A stretch of 16,288 nucleotides of DNA from Histomonas meleagridis 2922-C6/04-290x (lineage: Eukaryota; Protista; Parabasalia). The position numbers and the translations under genes are program-made. A model generated the notes under the pieces. The model was not told where the DNA came from. It did no database searches and worked only from the letters and a program-made list of their open reading frames with translations. The stretch lies in NCBI GenBank assembly GCA_020184695.1, contig JAANOX010000137.1, forward strand, positions 1 to 16,288, given 5' to 3'. Below, in pieces: positions 1 to 10,246 of this stretch; the first letter of the stretch is position 1; the number at the start of each line of letters is the position of its first letter.

Positions 1-55
1 ACTTAGGTAAATTAAATGTATTGCAACAATACGCTAATACATTAACTCAACAAAC

Positions 56-3000
56 TCAAGAAGAAAACACTTCGATATAGGTTTTCTTCATGATGTAGTA
101 GCTTTCAACTGCGCAGTTGACATCGCTTCTACCATCGTCACTAGTAAAATCGGAATGAAATTGCCCTAAATTATTACCTATTAGTTTTCTATTATATTTG
201 ACCTCGAAGGCTGTTTCTAATTTAGGTAAATCCGATTTTACTATATGCATTGAGTCTGTATCTTGATAAAAGATTTTACAGCCAATGTCATATGCTAAGC
301 ACATCACTTCGTTCATGATTCTTTTTGACATGCTTAATATTTGAACGCCTAACAACGATAAGTTAAAATGCTTATCTATAGGTCGTTTTATATTAAATGA
401 TTCTATATTTGAATCATTAATCAGAATTCTTTCTATTATTCGAAAGTAATTTTTTATGGCATAGTTATCTGCCCGAGTACCTTTTTTCAAGTACTTCCAC
501 TCTTTGTTAATCGGCTTTTCAATTGTTTTGCCGTAACAACTATTCATTATTAATTTGTATATTTGATGGAGAGCGTTATTTTATTGTTTGTATTCCACAC
601 GTATTTGAAATATAACTTTGATTACATTTTGAATTGGGGAAACATAACCCTCATCCCAGTAAGATCCGCGTATTAATATAAATTGAAATTGTTGATATTG
701 AATGAAATCGTCTAATGCTATATTATCAACAACCATAGTAACAGGGTAGTCCTCAGCAATATTATTATGATCATTTAAATTTAACTCAGTAATTCTCTGA
801 ACTATTAAAGGGGAATGGGTAATGTTTTCTAACTTTAGTAATGATGATTTCCAACTACATAAGCGTTAGTATTATTATTTTAAATAATTTTAAAATTTAA
901 TTCGTTTCTTCTTTAATTACTTTTGGAGGACCATTAATTACACTTATTCTAGCCATTGCTGATGGGTATAATGATACAGCATCAAGAGTCATGTAATTCC
1001 TTCTTTGATGTGCCATGTAATATAGTCCAGTCATGCATCTTCCACACCATAATCTGCTCTGGCTATAAAGTGTCTAACATGACCCCCAACTTGGATGAAA
1101 TTATGGTTTGTTGAATAAACTTTCTGTGTAAATACTGCATTAACTAAAGATGATATTGATAAATAATGAAAAAGGTAAAATATCGAATGATTCTTGAAAG
1201 CCTAAGCAAAAACGATTAAAAGCCTTCACGTAATATTCTTACGTCTTTTATATGCCTACAATAAAAGATTGCATATTCCCACATATTAAAAGTAGCTTCA
1301 TAAATGCGACAGCTTGGGATGGTAATAATGTTATTAAAGCATTCTGTATAATTTTTTTCATCCGAAGGCTTATCCTCGTAAATGCCTGCCTTCCATCAAT
1401 TAAACCTACCCCTGATTCTAATCGTTGTAAAGTGTAATAACGATAGGGGAATATTTCTAACACCTTTAATACCAAACATTGAAGGCAATAACCCAGAAGT
1501 TTACAAGTTAATATTGGTAAAGTGTCTCTAAAGTAGAATTATGTTGAAATTCCACATCCATTGATAATACCTTTGTCCCTTTAATAGTTGATGATGAGTA
1601 CCATATTTTGCTATAAATTTTGAATCATAAGCTAAATTATGGAAAATATATTGTTGAATTATTTGGTAAATAATCTAATAAATCTTCACCACAATTAGGA
1701 GTCCTTTAAAAACCTGTTCTTCACTACCATCATATTTCTGAGACCACACATAAATATGGTCGATGTATATCACCTGTAATATCTGACTCAATATCTCCAT
1801 AATAAATTAAATTTGTATCGATAAATTTCTCTTTTTTCTTCTTACTAATATAACGTCTAACACAAGTATTGGGATTATAATCTAATGAATAATTCATCCC
1901 ATTATAACATTGATCTGAAAAATCTGTACGTAATTAAGGAAAATAAGAATATGTAATTGGTGTAAATGAATTTTTCTCCATTAAAATAGTAATTAATTGT
2001 AATGTATCGCATTTCTTTTTACTACTGAAATTAATTAAATTTGATTCATCGATATGTTGTACATAATCTGAGGTAAAAGGCGTCATTTCTTTAATAAAGT
2101 GATGTTGTTCAAATAAATATAAATGAACTTCGTATTTTGCTTGTTCTAATTTCGGACCAATATAATTAAAAGTTTGTTATTCTTTTTGGTAAACTATTGG
2201 TCGTATTCGAAGTTTACCATTTGCATCTACTGTTATGTATACTTTATGTATTTGAACATACACATAATTTTCCTTACAAACGATATCAAGTTTTGATGCT
2301 ATTTGATATTTAATTAATATACGACATCTCAATATGTCGAGAACATCTTCAGGGATTCCAGATTGCTTTAAAGCATAAATAAAGCAGCAATCATTTAATT
2401 CTTCCCTTTGTTTATTATTCACTAATAATGTTTCAAATATTTGTAAACGCCTTAAATAATTTAATAATATAAAAGGAATATTTGGAGACACTAAATAATA
2501 AAAGAATTGTGCGCCATTTTGATTAGCATTTGGCACAAGTTGCATCCCAAAACCAGTTAAATGAATCCAATACGGTATATAGGCATTATCTTCATCTGAA
2601 CCTTCAAATTCTTAAATTTCAGTATAATCTGGTTCAATATCTCCTCCAGGTTCAGTATAACTTGTTAACATATTACGATAAAATTCATTTAAACATGGTT
2701 TTTGACACCAATCTGCACACATCCTTCTATAATTAACAAAATAATGTTGAGCAATACTAATTCTACCTATATGATTTTGTATATGTTCTAAAATAATAAC
2801 ATAAAATTGATGACGTTGGGGGTCTGTAAAACCTCTAAATTCTATAATAAAATTATCTGGATTAATACGAAGAAATTGACGTAAATTTATAAAATTATTT
2901 CTAAAATCATTTCTAGTAATTATATAATTAGGGACTGGAGGTGGATTAGGTGTTTGAGGTGGAGGTGGTGAAAAATGTGGAGGCGGTGGGTTATCAGGAA

Positions 3001-3097
3001 CAGGATATTTATTAGTAAGTCTATGTTTAGGTGGTGTTGGAGTACATTGTTTAACAGGTGGATAAATAAGAATTGATTTATCATCTATGATGGGCAT
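56..3097 (-). pseudogene. polB: Protein-primed family B DNA polymerase with long N-terminal region; interrupted by frameshifts (about 550-1750) and in-frame TAA codons
   Basis: Manual minus-strand translation gives Exo I YGDIESD (~1785-1805), Exo II FHNLAYD (~1622-1643, frameshifted), EIFPYRYY (inside track ORF 1248-1475), Exo III-like YC..KDV (~1235-1260), motif A DAVSLYPSAM (~955-983), motif B KLIMNSCYGK (~530-556) and motif C YQDTDS (~254-271). The C-terminus after 56 is degenerate or truncated. The 5' boundary is uncertain (see findings). Confidence 0.92.
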
Positions 3098-3100
3098 TCT

Positions 3101-5070
3101 TTATTCAGATACTTTTTTAACACGTTTTTGTCTAAGTGGAATATCAAAAACATGTACATCTGAATCTATAATTGGTTCCGGTTTTTCAATTCTTGTTGGT
3201 TCGACCGGATTTATAAAATCATTATCATTTTCAGGTAGGTATATAAATTCTGTTGTATTTATTGGTATTGATTATTCATCAATTTCCTGTTGTTCATTGG
3301 AACCTAAATAAACTATATCTGGATCTTCTTCTTCTTCTTGATGAGTTTCAGTCCAAGGTTTAATTTCTACTGGTTCGTTTTTATCTTCTTCTTCATATAA
3401 TAAAGGTATTGTTTGCTGTTGATATTTGTTTATAATTTCTTTTATTTGAGGTAATGGTAAAGTTTCTTTATGAATTATAAATATTTTTTTGAAATATTTC
3501 TTAATTTCACCCTTATGTAGATCAAATAAATGTCTAATTGATAGAAATATTTTCATTAATTTATAAAAAATTGATTTTCTGAATCATACCTGAATAAAAT
3601 TCTGATTTTTTTCTTATCAGTATTTAATTTGTCTGTAAAAAATTCTACCCAATGATAATATATCAATATTAATGTATATTGATCAATATTATTCAAATTT
3701 TCGAATAAATTAATGAAGAATATTACATTTTTCCAACAAATAGATATGCTGTTAAATATTTGAATTATGTAATTAGGTATAGACTTTAGTGAGACCCATC
3801 TATTATAGTCGACTTGATTTTCTAAATAATCTTTTCTTAACTTAAACAAATCTTCTAGATTATAATCGACTGTATTAATAAAAATATTCGTTGATTAAAT
3901 CCTTCTACTACTTCTGGATCATAAAATTCTATAGAAGGTATAAAATTATTGTATATAGAATTTTTTAAAATAATTTCGAAATTATAATTAATATTATTAT
4001 AATAATCATCTAAAATATTATATAAAGACATGGTATTTTTATCGTCAAATATTTTAGTAAATTTAAATAAAGTAATTTTGATTTTTGGCATATTATATTG
4101 AATTTTTTCTTTTTCAATAATTTCTTCCTCTTCGATTTTCTCTTCTTCTTCTTCTGGAATATATGTGAAACACTCAGTGGGTCTTCCATTCCATATTAAT
4201 TTCGGTTTGTTCTTATTTATAGTTGAAGGATAATAAAACAAGTCTTTATTAATGTGAAATATTTTTAAACCTTTTTTAATATCATTATCTAATATAAAAA
4301 TTTTAATAATGTTACCATTATTCTCATAATATGATTAAATAATTCTACATCATCAATATAAATATTGTACAAATGTTGTGGAATTGTTTTTTGTATTTCT
4401 TCATCATATTCAATACTGAAATCAAAATCTAATATTACTTTTATTTCAGGTACATCTAGCATATATCTAAAAAAGTATTTGAACCAATCTTTAAATAAAT
4501 CAATGAGAAATTGTTTATCTCCAAAAGTTAAATCTCACTATTCAAATAAAATAAAAGTAAACTTATGATCATAAAATAAAGTATTAAATATATCAAAAAT
4601 ATATGGTGGATATTTGTTTTGATGAATAAAAAAGGTTTCATTGCTTTCACTATCATTAATATATCTAAAATTATAATTCAAAAATTCATTAAAATCATAA
4701 ACAATGGAATAACCTTGATCATTTTCTTCTTCATATTCTTTTTGTGTATAACGAAACCTATAATGAATTTTCTTTCAATTTTGTTGTGTTCTGGTAAATA
4801 TTTAATTAGTAATTTATCAAAATCGTCTAATAATAAAGAATAATGTGTGTCCATAAATGTTTCAACTAATTTGAATGTAAAAAGTTCATTGTCATATGTA
4901 AGTATATGTTGTACTAGTACAGTTTCATTTTCTTCATTTTTTTCAATATCTTCGTACCATATAGAATTAAATTTTGTTGATTCTTTGTTTAAATCAAATT
5001 GAATGTTATTATATATTTGTTTTGCTGACATTATATCTAAATCTTTTGTTTTTGTTATGATAGTGTTTTC

Positions 5071-5101
<31 letters not shown>

Positions 5102-6100
5102 TTTTTCTTTTTCTTCTTTCATTCTTTTTTCATTTTGTATTCGTTGATAAGTTTTACTAACAAATATTATATTGTATATTTCCGGAAATTCTTGTTTTAA
5201 TTTAGTTTTTTTATTAATTAAAAACAATACACTATAAAATAATCTTAATAATTCAAAAAACCAGACTTTAATATTAGTGTATTTTTGTAATTCTGGATAA
5301 CTAGGTGGGATAGTTAAGGTGACATCATTTACTTTCAAGAAAGTTACCTCAAAATTGGGTATAAAATAAGAAAACTTCAACAACCAATTTTGGAATATGT
5401 TTATAAGAGATATTTGATCTTCATTCTTCATTTCATCGAAAAAATTCAGAAAAAATAATCCAATCTGTGTATCAGAAGCTTTGGAATTAAACCAATCTAT
5501 AATATACACAGGATAATCTTTTTTGATAAAATAATAAGGTTCTTCGTTTTGTAATTCTTCAATATTAGATTCTATAAAAAGATTAATATCAAGTTCTTCA
5601 TCTGTTCCTTCTATTTTGAAATATATTTTGAAAATATTATTACGTTTTGGACTTACATTGGGTAAAAAGAAGGTAAATCTATTGTGTTGTGAATAAAAAG
5701 CATATGGAGAATTTTTAAGGATATGTTGAACTCGACTGATATAAGAATAATGATAATTAGAATAAGTAAATTGTGTTTTTGATTTCACTATTTAAATATA
5801 TAATACTATCATAAAATATTTGGTATTTTTTTGCAATTTTTCGGGTTTTTTTGTACAATTTGTTCTTCTTCATGTTCTTGCTCCATATATTTTTTTGGAA
5901 TTTTTGATGGTTGTTGTGGTGGTTCATATTCTTCTTCTTCTTCTATTTTTATTTTCTTTTTTGTTGATTTAATGACTGGACTTTTGTAATTTGTCTTAGT
6001 CTGCATTGATAAAATGAAGTGGAATAATAACTGTCTAACATTGTATCGAATTATTCTGTGAAAAATGTTCAAGTCGATTTTCGATAATATTTTAAGGAGT
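3101..6100 (-). pseudogene. Large unknown protein made of three divergent repeats of a helical domain separated by Glu/Lys-rich linkers; frameshifted
   Basis: Track ORFs 5809-6072, 5009-5788, 4678-5031, 3855-4241, 3556-3849 and 3272-3556 can be joined by single-base shifts, mostly in A/T runs. The motif YPxYIxxxFN...D(Q/K)xxLIxxxxxW...FxxxMRI occurs three times. The start near 6100 is approximate. Confidence 0.55.
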
Positions 6101-6175
6101 AAATTATATCAAATAACTTTGCCACAGAGGTTTTAGTCAAAATTTGATAATATTTTTATAAATATAAATGTTTAT

Positions 6176-7777
6176 TTAATAACCGTCTGGTGTACCATTG
6201 GCATAATATTTCAAACCGTCATGTAAATCTAATGTGAAATAAGTATCACGACAAATGAATAATTGTGGTGGAGGTGGATGATTTCCTGCATCATCAACAT
6301 TATAATAAGTATCATTAGCTTGAGTATAAATAGGTTGACCTTTAATTTGTATTGGTATATTTTGACCGTTAGAATCTAAACCATCAAATACGTAACCACC
6401 ACGTGAACGTTCACATTGTATATTAAGCATAAATGAAGTAGCATCACTTAATGTATTATTATATCTAGTACCATTTGAAGCATTCTTTTCCATAGTTAAA
6501 GAATCTTCGAATTCTTTAGTACATTGTATACCACCATCTAAATCAGAAGCAACTAATTGATATTGTAAAAATCTTGCACCTAATGTAGAAATAGGTTCAT
6601 CAGGATAATTTTTGACCTGCAATAGTTAATTGTACATTATTATAAATAGGATTATCGAAACAAGTATAATCATTAGCATGTTTTTGGAAATACAACTGTA
6701 ATAGTTGTAACATTAAATAAAGGCATATTAATAGTAGATTGTATACCAGATTCAGTAGCAGCTAAAGCAAATGCATTATAATCTAATTGTTGTGAAGGAA
6801 TTAATAAACCTCCAGGTTGTTGAAGTATTTGAGCTATTTGATTTAAAGTTTCTTCTTTAACTCCAAAACCATACATATTAGATTTACATGAAACTACTAG
6901 TTAAACCTGTACAATATAAAGAAACATTCTCAGTTGCAGTATCAATAGTATGATTAGTTTCAGTATCACATTTAAATGTAGTAGTTATATTAGCAGAATT
7001 ACCTATTTGAGTAAAACCATGAGTAAATAAAGGTAAATTATTAAATGTAGCATTAATAGAAGAATCTTTTGAAAATTCTTTAACTTCTTTAATTTTACGT
7101 GGATCTACTTGACACCAAACTAAACCATTTTGTTTAACATAAAACTTTAATTCAATATCACCAACTAATCTATTTGGATATAAATCAAATGCTTGTAAAG
7201 CTAATATATCTTCAAATGGAAGATTCATTTCAAATTCGATATCATGTTTATTTCCATCTGCAATTGTATTTTAAATCAACATAAGTACCACAAACAGATT
7301 GAGAATATTCTGAAACATTTTCATATAAAGAATATGTATATTACCTAGTTTTTTTTTCAGCATAAGGTTTAATTGTAGAATAACAATAACCTTCACGACA
7401 ACATTCATTTTGTTGATAACCAGTAGAAATATTATTAGACATAATTTGTAATTGATCTAATAATTGATTAGAACTCTTAAAACCTATAAATATTTTAGCT
7501 AAATGCTCAGGATCTTGTAAATTACTAGATGAAATAGCTTTTGATAATTGTACAGTTATTCTAATTTTAAAATTAATAAAACCTTCAGTTATTTGTGAAA
7601 TCATATGATCACCATGAGTAATTCTTAATCTAGTTTCTTGTGATTGATTAAATGGTGCATTTTGATCATGACAATCTTCAGTTCTTAAAATAAAAGAACG
7701 AGTACCATCATTTTTAGCAATTAAATCTTTAAGACGATCAAAATAAGCTCCAACATTACCTTGATCATTTTGTTCAT
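6176..7777 (-). pseudogene. Probable major capsid protein (double jelly-roll type expected), about 530 aa, interrupted
   Basis: Track ORFs 7341-7604, 6884-7228, 6673-6876 and 6176-6622 join into one beta-rich protein through one in-frame TAA (7341-7343) and four +1 shifts (~7270, ~6898, ~6683, ~6611). The frame is open upstream to NEQNDQGNVGAYFDRL near 7777. Size, context and recalled similarity to the conserved parabasalid Maverick capsid candidate (FDGxDS...GxPIY...DTYY...HPPPP...DTYF) support the call, which was not database-checked. Confidence 0.65.
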
Positions 7778-7845
7778 TTTTTTATTGGGTATTATTATAA
7801 TACATTAATAAAAAAATGAAAAAAATATTTTTCATAATTTTTTTA

Positions 7846-8242
7846 ATGGCGTGGGGGGTGTGGAATAAATTTAAAAACGGTATAAAGAAAAAAGGACCTT
7901 TACTTAAAAAAGTTAAAGAAAGAATCGAAAAAATTAGTACACATAATGCGAAAGGAAATGAAATTGCAAAACAACATAAAGAGTTTTTGGAACAAAATTA
8001 AAAATGGATTTAAAAAAGCTGGTGCTTGGATTAAAAATAAAATTATTAAACCAGTCGGTAGATTTATTGGAAATGTATGGAATAAAGTAGCTAAACCTGT
8101 TGTAAATACAGTAGGTAAAATACCTGGAATTGAAAATTTACCTGGTCATGCAGGTGCTATTGCTAAAGGAATTAAAATAGCAGATAAATTCTCACCTGTG
8201 ATAGATGGTGTAGCAAATGCACTAGTTGGTCAAAAGAAATAA
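7846..8242 (+). CDS. Small basic Trp/Lys/Gly-rich protein with two amphipathic-helix repeats (one +1 frameshift at ~7984-7988)
   Basis: MAWGVWNKFKNGIKK... and ...FWNKIKNGFKKAGAWIKNKIIKPVGRFIG join if one T is removed from the T5 run at 7984-7988. A TCATA motif at 7832-7836 precedes the ATG at 7846. Confidence 0.65.
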
Positions 8243-8273
8243 TAAAATATTATTTCTATATATATATTGCTTA

Positions 8274-8364
8274 TGAATTTTTTGAAACTAAACTATACCA
8301 AATCCCAGGCGTCCTTTAAGGACGCCTGCGTCCAATTTGGTATAGTTTAGTTTCAAAAAATTCA
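8274..8364. repeat. 91-nt inverted repeat/hairpin (perfect 30-bp outer stem plus GC-rich 10-11-bp inner stem)
   Basis: 8274-8303 TGAATTTTTTGAAACTAAACTATACCAAAT is the exact reverse complement of 8335-8364. CAGGCGTCCTT (8306-8316) pairs with AAGGACGCCTG (8318-8328). It is followed by the palindrome ATGCTATAGCAT (8365-8376) and T20 (8376-8395). Confidence 0.95.
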
Positions 8365-8437
8365 ATGCTATAGCATTTTTTTTTTTTTTTTTTTTGTTAT
8401 AATGTTAAATCAGTTATTTATCAGTTCACTTTGATAA

Positions 8438-9011
8438 ATGCAACAGTTCAGCAGCGACAGTGACAACGAGGAAGAAGAAGTTAGGTTATATAGTTCAAAG
8501 GGATATTATGATCCGATGAACTTGGTTGAAGAAAACTTTGGTCCTATGTCTATAGAAAGTTACATTATTAGCAAAGTGCGGCCTTCAAATATAAATGTCT
8601 GGTTTGATGTAGATCTAGTTATAGGGGACTTTGATTTTATGTACACTTGGGCTATACCTGCCAGACGAATACAGCCTAGTGACTTACATTACCTTCCTAT
8701 AGAAAAGTTCGATTTGGATGACCCCTACGTTCAACGCTGAAGATATGTTACTATGGGATGTATGTGTATATCACGCAATATGTTACGTGAAGTTGAATAT
8801 AGATAAGATAAGGATATTAACTGACACTGATAGATGGGTGACTGATCATTACAGGAAGCTTCATACTTTTGAGTTTTCACGAGTGATTTTCTGTATTAGA
8901 AAATACTTAAGAGGTCAACAAGCTTTAAGCATTTATAATCCGTATTTAATAATTACTCCATATCCAGGACCACGTCCACGTAGAGAAAGCATAATAATTA
9001 GGTCAAACTAA
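8438..9011 (+). CDS. Hypothetical protein (~190 aa, one +1 frameshift near 8725)
   Basis: ORFs 8438-8740 and 8718-9011 overlap and join as ...FDLDDP/TFNAEDMLLWD... Composition is protein-like and TCACT lies at 8426-8430. No family was recognised. Confidence 0.55.
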
Positions 9012-9040
9012 ATAATTGACTAAAAAAATTATTTTTATTT

Positions 9041-9247
9041 ATGTCTAATTATAAACCTGAGGTTATAGAAACCTATTACAACAAAAATAGGTTAAATATT
9101 CCTGAAATTACAAATTTAAAAGATATAGAAAAACAGAGAAGGGTGACATTTACGAATGCAATTATATTTGAGAAACCAATACCATTTTCAGCTTTACGAC
9201 AAAATAGTGAAATATATGTTATACCTTATGAAAAAGAAAATAAATAA
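9041..9247 (+). CDS. Small hypothetical protein (68 aa)
   Basis: Short ORF between neighbouring genes, ending in TAAA. No motif recognised. Confidence 0.35.
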   Translation: MSNYKPEVIETYYNKNRLNIPEITNLKDIEKQRRVTFTNAIIFEKPIPFSALRQNSEIYVIPYEKENK

Positions 9248-9439
9248 AAAATAAACATTATTTCTTTGTTTATATAATTCTTTGACTAATTGTTCTACTG
9301 ACCATAATGAAGAAAAAACATTAGTAACATAAATTGTCTTTTTCGTATCGTCTTGAGCATTGCTATTCGGTGAAGTGTCAAAATTATCAAAATAATCATT
9401 ATAGAAATCGAATGTAAAAAGAAATTCATCCTCAGACAT
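9194..9439 (-). CDS. Small hypothetical protein (likely start MSEDEFLF at 9439)
   Basis: Open frame with an acidic N-terminus. ATCACTTCATTTTTT lies immediately upstream of the ATG at 9439. The 3' end is uncertain. Confidence 0.4.
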   Translation of the reverse strand: MSEDEFLFTFDFYNDYFDNFDTSPNSNAQDDTKKTIYVTNVFSSLWSVEQLVKELYKQRNNVYFLFIFFFIRYNIYFTILS

Positions 9440-9446
9440 TAAAAAA

Positions 9447-9456
9447 AATGAAGTGA
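9447..9456 (-). promoter_or_regulatory. Tandem initiator-like motif TCACTTCATT
   Basis: Matches TCA-Y-W twice, 8-17 nt upstream of the ATG at 9439. A near-identical motif is at 9947-9956. Confidence 0.45.
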
Positions 9457-9471
9457 TTATTGTTTTTTTAT

Positions 9472-9942
9472 TCAAATTAGAGGTTTAAAACTATCGGGAT
9501 CGATTGAATTCATGTCAAATACTGTTTGGAATTCATTATTATCAGGTATTTTATGTGAAATAAGTATATTATTAACTTCATTGTTGGTTGATTCATATAG
9601 AAATGCATGATACCATCTTCCGAAATTACTCTCTAATTGAGTTAAATGAATCTCTAGATAATGTATATTATTAGTAATTGGTGGCTTTTTATTATCAGTA
9701 ATTGGTATTGATACTTTGATATTTCTTTGTTTGAAGAATTCAATCAACTCTTTATGTACAAAATAGAAATCTTGAAAATTTTTATGTTTGATAATCATGC
9801 CAATTGGCTTAATTATAAAATTGTTAAAATTGCCAAGTTTGTCATCTTTTGGTTCAAAAAATAAAGCAACCGCTGTAGCATCTGGATCTTTTTCTTTGAT
9901 AGAATCGGCTAGCTTTGTAACTGAATAGTAGTCTGAATTCAT
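9472..9942 (-). CDS. Hypothetical protein (156 aa)
   Basis: Intact 156-codon ORF in very AT-rich DNA, with ATCACTTCACTTTTT directly upstream of the ATG. No family was recognised. Confidence 0.6.
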   Translation of the reverse strand: MNSDYYSVTKLADSIKEKDPDATAVALFFEPKDDKLGNFNNFIIKPIGMIIKHKNFQDFYFVHKELIEFFKQRNIKVSIPITDNKKPPITNNIHYLEIHLTQLESNFGRWYHAFLYESTNNEVNNILISHKIPDNNEFQTVFDMNSIDPDSFKPLI

Positions 9943-9946
9943 AAAA

Positions 9947-9956
9947 AGTGAAGTGA
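9947..9956 (-). promoter_or_regulatory. Tandem initiator-like motif TCACTTCACT
   Basis: Matches TCA-Y-W twice, 5-14 nt upstream of the ATG at 9942. Confidence 0.45.
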
Positions 9957-10018
9957 TGAGATGACATTTTTATGATTGTGTATTTTGGCCATTCATTCAT
10001 TGAAATAAGTTTGCCATG

Positions 10019-10074
10019 CGACCAAACAATAACCGTCGCTTTTTGACTACTAACCTCCGACCAAATAATAACCG
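10019..10074. repeat. 17-bp direct repeat CGACCAAA(C/T)AATAACCG, two copies
   Basis: Copies at 10019-10035 and 10058-10074 differ by one base, within a locally GC-richer intergenic stretch. Confidence 0.8.
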
Positions 10075-10246
10075 GGGATCATTCCCGACCGCATTATATA
10101 CCTACCTAAAGCAGACATTTGATTTTTGGAAACGAGTGTGGAACAAGAATTCATCGCTATCATTTTTATAGAAATTAATGAAATAAATTTTTTATAAATT
10201 AGCATTATTTTTTTGAAGTTAATTTTTATTTTTTTTATTTTTTATT

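Noticed and set aside
1248-1475. Independent 75-aa gene
   Set aside because: It is a frameshifted internal fragment of PolB (EIFPYRYY).
1252-5200. Plus-strand track ORFs 1252-1437, 2530-2736, 3087-3311, 4365-4568, 4619-4843 and 5003-5200
   Set aside because: They are antisense shadows of the minus-strand genes. For example, the poly-Phe in 5003-5200 is the complement of a Glu/Lys-rich linker.
7782-7805. Extra in-frame TAA at the capsid N-terminus (MYYNNTQ*KNEQ)
   Set aside because: It is ambiguous, since a one-base loss after the ATG at 7777 explains the start equally well. It was not counted among the internal stops.
8274-8395. Bacterial rho-independent terminator or prophage origin of the window
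   Set aside because: The stem is far longer than typical terminators and is separated from the T run. The gene set (pPolB, rve integrase, A32 ATPase) and the lack of Shine-Dalgarno motifs indicate a eukaryotic Maverick.
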